IMG/VR virus record: IMGVR_UViG_3300047476_000672
Coordinates: 1 to 52,300 of that record
Strand: one strand, 5' to 3'
DNA from: a virus
Lineage: Duplodnaviria; Caudoviricetes
Length of the DNA: 52,300 bases
Shown here: positions 45,808-52,300 of the stretch, piece by piece
Numbering within the stretch: position 1 is the stretch's first letter
Layout of the letters: each line of letters starts with the position of its first letter
The notes under the pieces: model-generated
What the model was told of the DNA's origin: nothing
Seen by the model: the letters and a program-made list of their open reading frames with translations, nothing else
The model's database searches: none
Position numbers and translations under genes: made by a program

Positions 45808-48800
45808 ATGCGACAGCAACATCACGACATAGATTTAAAGACTTACGAGAAGGGCGTTAACTCCGATATGAACAAGGAGATTTTAGGCTCAAGAGAAGGT
45901 GAGCACGTTGACGCATTAAATATGCGTAGTATCTCTATGGATGGTGATAATTTTGCTAAAAAGAAAATAAAGGGAGAAGAGATACTATACGATGCTATAG
46001 ATAACCGTTGTTTTCTTGAGATTCCAGGCACTTTGAGTGATACTTATGAGTGTATGATGTCTCAGGAGATTAATGGCCACATAGTTGAGATATGGGCCTC
46101 TTCTGTTCCGGATAAAAATCCTCCGTTTATTCGTGTTAATGGAAAGATTGTGCTTATGAGCCCAGATTTTCCTGTTACTATAAACACTCCTCTTCAATAC
46201 GACAAGAATGAGAGTTGTGTTGGTGGGGAATTTTACGTAACTAATAACACTACTCCTCCAATGGTTTTTTCATTAAAAGACTTAATGGAAAATGGAGGAA
46301 TGACAGATATTTATCCTAATGCTGATTGTACTCAGAAATACTTTAGTGAGTTTAATCTTGAGCAGTATGTTATAGATATATCATCTCCATTGTATAAACC
46401 AATGTTTATCAATCAGGACCCTAGTACTACTGCTTATTCATATACGTCAATATTAGGTTCATTAGGCTTGCCTGTTGGTTCATATTCTTATTCATATAGA
46501 TATGTTACTCAAGAAGGGGATAGAGGTAGATGGTCTCCTGTTACGGAACTAATACCTGTGACAAGAAGTGTTGCATCTGCTGATGATATATTCCCTAATA
46601 GAAGAACTTATTCTGATAATCCAAACGTATCATCCGCTTCAGGATATGGTAACCATATTAGAATAAGAATTGAAAACTACAACAACTTTGATTTTATTGA
46701 AATACGAAGAGATTGCTGGTACACAGGTGAACTTATTGGTATAGCTCCAATATCTGAGCTTATAGGGTTTGTTGATGTTCAGCCTGGACTTTCAGTTATA
46801 GACGTTCTTGATAGATGTGCTGCATCTGAAATAGAAGAGTTATTGACTATTGAGGATACTGAGGTTCAAATGACTGGCATAGAAAGGTCTAAGTCTGTTC
46901 GTTATTTCAATGAGCGTTTGTATCTAATGAATATTGGATATGCATCAAGAGATATTGATGCTGATGTTGACTTTGTTCCAGGTACAGATTTAATATTCCC
47001 AGCTATTCAAAAGATTGGCAAATCTGGCCATAAATCTCCTTACAATGCTGCTCATTACAAGTCAAACATGAGAGGTGAAAGGGTTGGGTTTGGTATTATG
47101 TTATTTGATAAGGATGGTAATTATTCTTATGTTAAGCAAATACCTGGGGCTGAGAACTTTAAATTTCCAGAAAGAAGAACTGCTACTTCAGCATTGACTC
47201 AAGGTATTTCATATAATGGTACTGTAAGAGCTGCATTAGAGAATCCAGTAAACGGAGCTAAAGTTGGAAGTACTCATGAGGTATTTGACCATGAAAACGC
47301 AAAAGCAAGAAGCGGTCAGATATATGCAAATATATTTAATGATACAGCTTTAGATGTAAGTCAACAAATACCTTGGGCTCCATTTAATCCTACAGGTCAG
47401 AATGATACGACAAGTGATTATGGGTACAATGTGAATGTTGAGATTAAAACTTCATGCGATTTAACTAATGGAGAATGGAAAAATTATAACCCTAAAGCAT
47501 TTGGATTAAATTATTACTCAATGGGAGTTGCTTTCAGGGGTGTTGATACGTCTACTTTACCTTCTTGGGCTACTGCATTTTCTATAGTTCAGACACCTCC
47601 TGCCAATAGAGTTATTGCTCAAGGTCTTGGGTGGTATTCAATGATTCAACCTGCTAAGAATAATTTTACAGATGATTGGTTTGGTTCTCAGTCTGGTAAA
47701 GACTCGAATAAATTATGGGTTTATTTACCTGATGGCGATATTGATTGTGGTGGAATTAAGCCTCAGCTGATAGATGATTTACTTCAGAATTACGCTAATG
47801 GTGTATTTAAACTTCAAGCTGTTTCTCCATTAGGGTATTTTACTGAAGTATACTCATTGAATAATGAAATTGCAAAAGATGAGATAGGTGAATTAATTAC
47901 TTATGTTAGAGTTTTGCACGATGAGGGACAGATAAATCCAACAATGGGCATAGGTTATTATGGCCCAGGTCAAGACCAAGGTATATTGTCCGCAGGTAAA
48001 CAATATGTTGGATATGGTGCATTTAGAGCTAATATACCCCCGGCTGTTTATGCTGGCAACTCAAGTGGAGACCATTTATTTACAATTACAAATGTTCAAG
48101 AACAAGTAGGTATAAACGGAAGAGGTAATTACTTAATAATTACACTTGATGCTCCTATTTACTCAAAGGTATATGGTGACACATTTATAAATGAATTTAG
48201 AGAAGAGGTTCGTAAGTGGCAGGAGCCAATGTATGTTGTAAACATTATACGTGAAGAAGCTAATATTGCTGATTCAAACATAACGACATATAACTACGGA
48301 GGTCATTATCAAAGATTAAAGTCATTAATTGGAGAAGGAACTGGACTTCCTTTAGAATTAAAATTAGTATCTGAAAGATGGGAAGATTGTATTCCTGTCG
48401 CTCCTAATCAGACAACAAGTGGTTATACTGGTTTTTATAGATTCTTATGGATTGAAGATGCTCAATTAGTCCCTAGGAAATGGTTAAATGCTTATAGTTT
48501 AACTACTTCTCAAATAAATACTGTTCTTAATGATTTGCAGACTAATGGTGTAGCTACTGTATTTGATGCTTCCGGTTTCCATCAAATTTATGGATTGTAC
48601 AAACATCAATATAGCAATATTTTTAGCCATGTTGATGCATCTGTAATATTTGGAGCAATAAATGGTGTTTCTAACGAATATACGATTCCTCCTGTTGGAG
48701 CTAAAATATATGTGTATTATGACAATAGGATACCTGTAAGAGTATTTGCTGGTGATACATATATAAATGAAAGTATATGGGCTCCTGTTGATACTCAAAC

Positions 48801-50376
48801 AGACCAAGATGCTAAACCTATAAATGAAGTTAATGAGTTCAGATGGAATATGGCCATGCCTTATAATCAGCATAAATTATCTGATACTTATTATATATTA
48901 AAAAGAGCGTCTGGTATTTCTGACCATATACAATGGAATAACAACTGGAACTTTGATGTTACAGAGCCCGCAATTGTTCGCCAATGGGTAACAATGTGGA
49001 CAGCTGAGACAAGAACTAATCTTAGTTTTGCTTATAATATTGAATCTGGAAATAATAAGAATAGCAATCTTCAATACTTCCCATTAAAGAATTATGTGAT
49101 GAGGCCACTAAAATGGACTACATCAAATGACATAACCAATCCACAAGCATTCTTGGAAGATAATAAAATCTATTATCCTGAATATTATGATGCTTATGGA
49201 GCTGAGTGGGATAACTGGTCATGGGGTGGATTTAGATTTAAACCACAGACAAATCTTGATTATGCTAAATCTCAAACCAATATAAAACCTTCAAGTGTTC
49301 CTCAGTTTGGTTTTGAAGAACAAACAGAATATTGTACACGTATATTATGGTCAGAAAGAAGACCAATAAACGTACAGAATACACCTACTGTTAAAACATT
49401 CCCTTCAAATAATTACTACGATATATCAGATGATACCGGTTGTATTAATTTTGCTTGGAGTGCTATATCAGCAAGTAAGGGTAATAACCTTTACGCTATA
49501 ACTCAAGGTGGTGTTTGTTTACTACTTGTAGATAAGAGAATTATACATGAGATAAATGCTAATGAGTTAGCAACTGTAGGTTCTGATGTTGGAGGTATCC
49601 TTAATGAGCTTTGGATAGACAGAAACATAGGAATGAGTGATGAGACTTGGAGAAGCTGGGCTGAATACTCAAATATGTTATTCTTTGTCAATAATAAATC
49701 TGTTTATTCATTAATTGACAATGGATTAGTTGATATTGGAGGTAATGGGTTTATTGAATTGTTTAGACGCAAGTTCTTAGAAATATTAGGTCCTGGTTTC
49801 AGCTCAAGATTATCTGGTGGATTCAATGTATTGACTAAGGAATATATTATGAATGTATCTAATAACTCAAATAAAGATGAGCAGTTTAGTACATTGATAT
49901 ATGGTACACAACAAGAGTCTCTTCAATGCCAAAGCTCATACAGTTATGACAAGTATGTATATAGAGACAATTCATTGTTTGGCTCTAAAAATGCTAAGAC
50001 ATTTACGCTTGGCGTTGGAAACAAGATGAACGGTCAAGACATGGAATGTTATTTGACTGGTGTTTCTGATAAACAAATATACTTTGACAAAGAATTTATT
50101 CGTATTCGTGTAAACTCAAATAGCAAACCTGATAAGATTTATTTCTATGACTCTTATCAAGATTATATAAATGGTGTATCATCATCGGTTGTTGATGCAA
50201 CTATTAATCCAATAGCTATAAAGGATTACTTTGGATACGAATGTTATATACCAAGAAAGTCTATGCCTCCTCACTATAGACAACAAGGGCGAGTAGTTCT
50301 ATTTAGAATAACAAGTTCTGAGGATGAGGACTTCTTAATTACATCTACGGGTGTACAATATAAACAATTGAAATAA
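45808..50376 (+). CDS. large tail stabilisation/nozzle (muzzle-like) protein
   Basis: 1522 aa; N-terminal KGVNSD...DALNMR; beta-propeller-like composition; ERLYLMNI and RGERVGFGI motifs; follows the ring genes. Confidence 0.7.
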   Translation: MRQQHHDIDLKTYEKGVNSDMNKEILGSREGEHVDALNMRSISMDGDNFAKKKIKGEEILYDAIDNRCFLEIPGTLSDTYECMMSQEINGHIVEIWASSVPDKNPPFIRVNGKIVLMSPDFPVTINTPLQYDKNESCVGGEFYVTNNTTPPMVFSLKDLMENGGMTDIYPNADCTQKYFSEFNLEQYVIDISSPLYKPMFINQDPSTTAYSYTSILGSLGLPVGSYSYSYRYVTQEGDRGRWSPVTELIPVTRSVASADDIFPNRRTYSDNPNVSSASGYGNHIRIRIENYNNFDFIEIRRDCWYTGELIGIAPISELIGFVDVQPGLSVIDVLDRCAASEIEELLTIEDTEVQMTGIERSKSVRYFNERLYLMNIGYASRDIDADVDFVPGTDLIFPAIQKIGKSGHKSPYNAAHYKSNMRGERVGFGIMLFDKDGNYSYVKQIPGAENFKFPERRTATSALTQGISYNGTVRAALENPVNGAKVGSTHEVFDHENAKARSGQIYANIFNDTALDVSQQIPWAPFNPTGQNDTTSDYGYNVNVEIKTSCDLTNGEWKNYNPKAFGLNYYSMGVAFRGVDTSTLPSWATAFSIVQTPPANRVIAQGLGWYSMIQPAKNNFTDDWFGSQSGKDSNKLWVYLPDGDIDCGGIKPQLIDDLLQNYANGVFKLQAVSPLGYFTEVYSLNNEIAKDEIGELITYVRVLHDEGQINPTMGIGYYGPGQDQGILSAGKQYVGYGAFRANIPPAVYAGNSSGDHLFTITNVQEQVGINGRGNYLIITLDAPIYSKVYGDTFINEFREEVRKWQEPMYVVNIIREEANIADSNITTYNYGGHYQRLKSLIGEGTGLPLELKLVSERWEDCIPVAPNQTTSGYTGFYRFLWIEDAQLVPRKWLNAYSLTTSQINTVLNDLQTNGVATVFDASGFHQIYGLYKHQYSNIFSHVDASVIFGAINGVSNEYTIPPVGAKIYVYYDNRIPVRVFAGDTYINESIWAPVDTQTDQDAKPINEVNEFRWNMAMPYNQHKLSDTYYILKRASGISDHIQWNNNWNFDVTEPAIVRQWVTMWTAETRTNLSFAYNIESGNNKNSNLQYFPLKNYVMRPLKWTTSNDITNPQAFLEDNKIYYPEYYDAYGAEWDNWSWGGFRFKPQTNLDYAKSQTNIKPSSVPQFGFEEQTEYCTRILWSERRPINVQNTPTVKTFPSNNYYDISDDTGCINFAWSAISASKGNNLYAITQGGVCLLLVDKRIIHEINANELATVGSDVGGILNELWIDRNIGMSDETWRSWAEYSNMLFFVNNKSVYSLIDNGLVDIGGNGFIELFRRKFLEILGPGFSSRLSGGFNVLTKEYIMNVSNNSNKDEQFSTLIYGTQQESLQCQSSYSYDKYVYRDNSLFGSKNAKTFTLGVGNKMNGQDMECYLTGVSDKQIYFDKEFIRIRVNSNSKPDKIYFYDSYQDYINGVSSSVVDATINPIAIKDYFGYECYIPRKSMPPHYRQQGRVVLFRITSSEDEDFLITSTGVQYKQLK

Positions 50377-50404
50377 TTATTAACTTTGATTAAAAATATT
50401 TATT

Positions 50405-51277
50405 ATGGCTATATGGGCAGCTTTAGGTAAGGCAATAGGCGGCATCACAAAAGGTGTAGGCGGTAAAGCTATGGCTTCAACAGGAAAAAATGCTATAGGT
50501 TCTAATATTGGAAAATGGGCAAAAGGCGCTAATGTAGCTAAATCTGTTCAATCTTCTCAGTTTAGTCCAGCTGCTTTATCAGGTAATTATTCAAATAGCT
50601 TTAAAGGTTCAGCTTCAAAAGCAATGGAATCAAGTGTACCTAAAAATATGGGTGGGACTGGAGGAGAGTCACCTGGTTTAGAGCAAAAAAACAGATTCTG
50701 GGGAGGAGAAGGTAAAACTGGAGGGGCAATGGATTCTTTTGCTAAAATACTTGACCCTAGTGGTGTTCTAGTTGGAATGGGTCAAAAAACGATATCTGCT
50801 ATTCAAGCTAAAAATGCAAAATCAAGACTTTTTGGAGGAGCAACACCTCAAGAAGTGTCTCTTCTTAATGAAATTTCAAGAATGAGAAAATCAGCTCAAA
50901 CAAATCCAACTTGGGCTCAAATAGCATCAAATAGAATAGCTGAAAATACAGCGTTAAATAGAGCGTTTAAGGCTGGAGGAAGAGGTGCGATTCCTGCTGT
51001 AACCTCTTCTATAAACCAATCATTAGCTCAAATATCTGCTGATGCTACTGCTAGACAAATGGGTCTAATTCAACAAGAGAGCGAAGGAACTAAATATGGA
51101 GGTCAAATTAAAAGAGATTTAGCCACACTACAGTATGCTCAAGGAATGGCTGATAAATCTTTAAATCAACAAGCTGCTAACCAAAATTTATTGGCATCAT
51201 TATCTACATTACCATCATTATTAAAAAAGAATAATGATAAGTTAAAAGGTTCAGCAACAAAAACTATGAACGCATAA
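50405..51277 (+). CDS. putative internal virion/ejection protein
   Basis: G/A/Q/S-rich, helical; follows the tail genes. Confidence 0.5.
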   Translation: MAIWAALGKAIGGITKGVGGKAMASTGKNAIGSNIGKWAKGANVAKSVQSSQFSPAALSGNYSNSFKGSASKAMESSVPKNMGGTGGESPGLEQKNRFWGGEGKTGGAMDSFAKILDPSGVLVGMGQKTISAIQAKNAKSRLFGGATPQEVSLLNEISRMRKSAQTNPTWAQIASNRIAENTALNRAFKAGGRGAIPAVTSSINQSLAQISADATARQMGLIQQESEGTKYGGQIKRDLATLQYAQGMADKSLNQQAANQNLLASLSTLPSLLKKNNDKLKGSATKTMNA

Positions 51278-51338
51278 TTGCTTATATGAATTGATTTTAT
51301 TTAATAAAATTTGATTTCTTAAGATAAGAATATATACT

Positions 51339-52300
51339 ATGGCAGAAAATACTGATAGCAATCCTAATAAAATAGCTCGTGAAGAGCGTAAGGCTGAGAA
51401 GAAAAAACAAAGATTAGCAAAAGCTGTGGCTAAAGCTGATGAAAAACTTGGGATAGCTGGGAAAGAACCAGTTAATAATATTCAGCCATCTGAAGAAATA
51501 GAAGAGGTTACTGTTATAAATCCTCCTACTTCTGCTACTACGTATATAGATGCTACAGGGTCAAAACAGACTTCAAGAACAGTTCCTAATCAACCTACTT
51601 TTACAGGTACTCCAGGAGCTGCTGTCGTTAATGCCATGTCTACAATTACAGGTAGTAATTTATATGACAACGCTATTAGAAATAAAAAAGATGTAACCCT
51701 AGCGGAAGCTAATGAAGTTGCTAAAAGAGCAGTTAATGCTGATGAGGCTAAAAAAGAAGTAGAAGAAGAAAAAGGAGGTATGCTTACTAGCGCAGCAATG
51801 AATGCTATAGCAAGCAATCCTGAACTTCAAAATATGGCTCAACAAACTCAACCATTAGATGTAGAGCAAGTTGATATTAGCGAGCAAACAACTGGAGCTG
51901 GTGGCACTCCTTCGACTGGAGTTACTACAGGAGGTACAACTGGTGGTGCTCCATCTGGTTCTCCTGCTACATCAAATATAGGTGGTGTTGTTAGTTCAAC
52001 TGAACCTCAAAAACCAACATACGAAGGTACAGCTACAAAAGAGCAGGTAGCAAGAGACTTAGATACATTAGCATCTGAACTTGATTTCATTACTCCTGAT
52101 GCCGTAATGGAAAAGCTTGAGCTTACAGACTACTATCCAAATATAGGTAAAGATATTGCTGTAGGTAATTGGTCTGGTTCTGTTTTAGGTAGTCAAACTA
52201 TTTATTCTGGAGCTGGTGGGTTACTTCCTATGGGATTGTATGATGCTAGAAAAAGAGCAATAGCTAAAGCTGCTAAGGATAAGCAAGCCATCATAGATAA
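51339..52300 (+). CDS. 3'-truncated large protein, probable internal virion/cargo protein
   Basis: ATG at 51339 (MAENTDSNPNKIAREERK...), open to the window end; not in the track because it has no stop. Confidence 0.7.
   Translation, partial: MAENTDSNPNKIAREERKAEKKKQRLAKAVAKADEKLGIAGKEPVNNIQPSEEIEEVTVINPPTSATTYIDATGSKQTSRTVPNQPTFTGTPGAAVVNAMSTITGSNLYDNAIRNKKDVTLAEANEVAKRAVNADEAKKEVEEEKGGMLTSAAMNAIASNPELQNMAQQTQPLDVEQVDISEQTTGAGGTPSTGVTTGGTTGGAPSGSPATSNIGGVVSSTEPQKPTYEGTATKEQVARDLDTLASELDFITPDAVMEKLELTDYYPNIGKDIAVGNWSGSVLGSQTIYSGAGGLLPMGLYDARKRAIAKAAKDKQAIID

Noticed and set aside
1-52300. Stop-codon reassignment as in some crAss-like phages
   Set aside because: Long genes are intact under the standard code, and TAA, TAG and TGA all end genes at tight junctions

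Overview
The window is most of the genome of an AT-rich, standard-code tailed dsDNA phage. The host is probably Bacteroidota, inferred from repeated TAnnTTTG -7 promoter boxes. The virion module has a crAss-like, podovirus-type gene order. Layout: 1-6.2 kb (+) tail/receptor-binding genes; 6.3-7.8 kb (+) lysis cassette; 8.3-27.6 kb (-) early/replication arm (SSB, DnaB, Rad52/Sak-like annealase, MazG-like, nucleases, GH73, amidoligase plus class II glutamine amidotransferase, many small ORFs); 27.7-28.8 kb divergent non-coding region; 28.8-52.3 kb mostly (+) packaging and virion genes (TerL, portal, scaffold, MCP, ring proteins, tail stabilisation protein, probable ejected proteins). The most unusual content is non-coding: (1) integron-like attC hairpins bracketing single-gene cassettes, with no integrase in the window; (2) a complete type III hammerhead ribozyme in the leader of the first early gene; (3) three sequence-unrelated leaders sharing one architecture, a 7-nt 5' seed complementary to the loop of a downstream terminator; (4) a 19-bp stop/start junction repeat; (5) tRNA mimics with aberrant anticodon arms. 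All protein calls come from motif recognition by eye; no database search was run.
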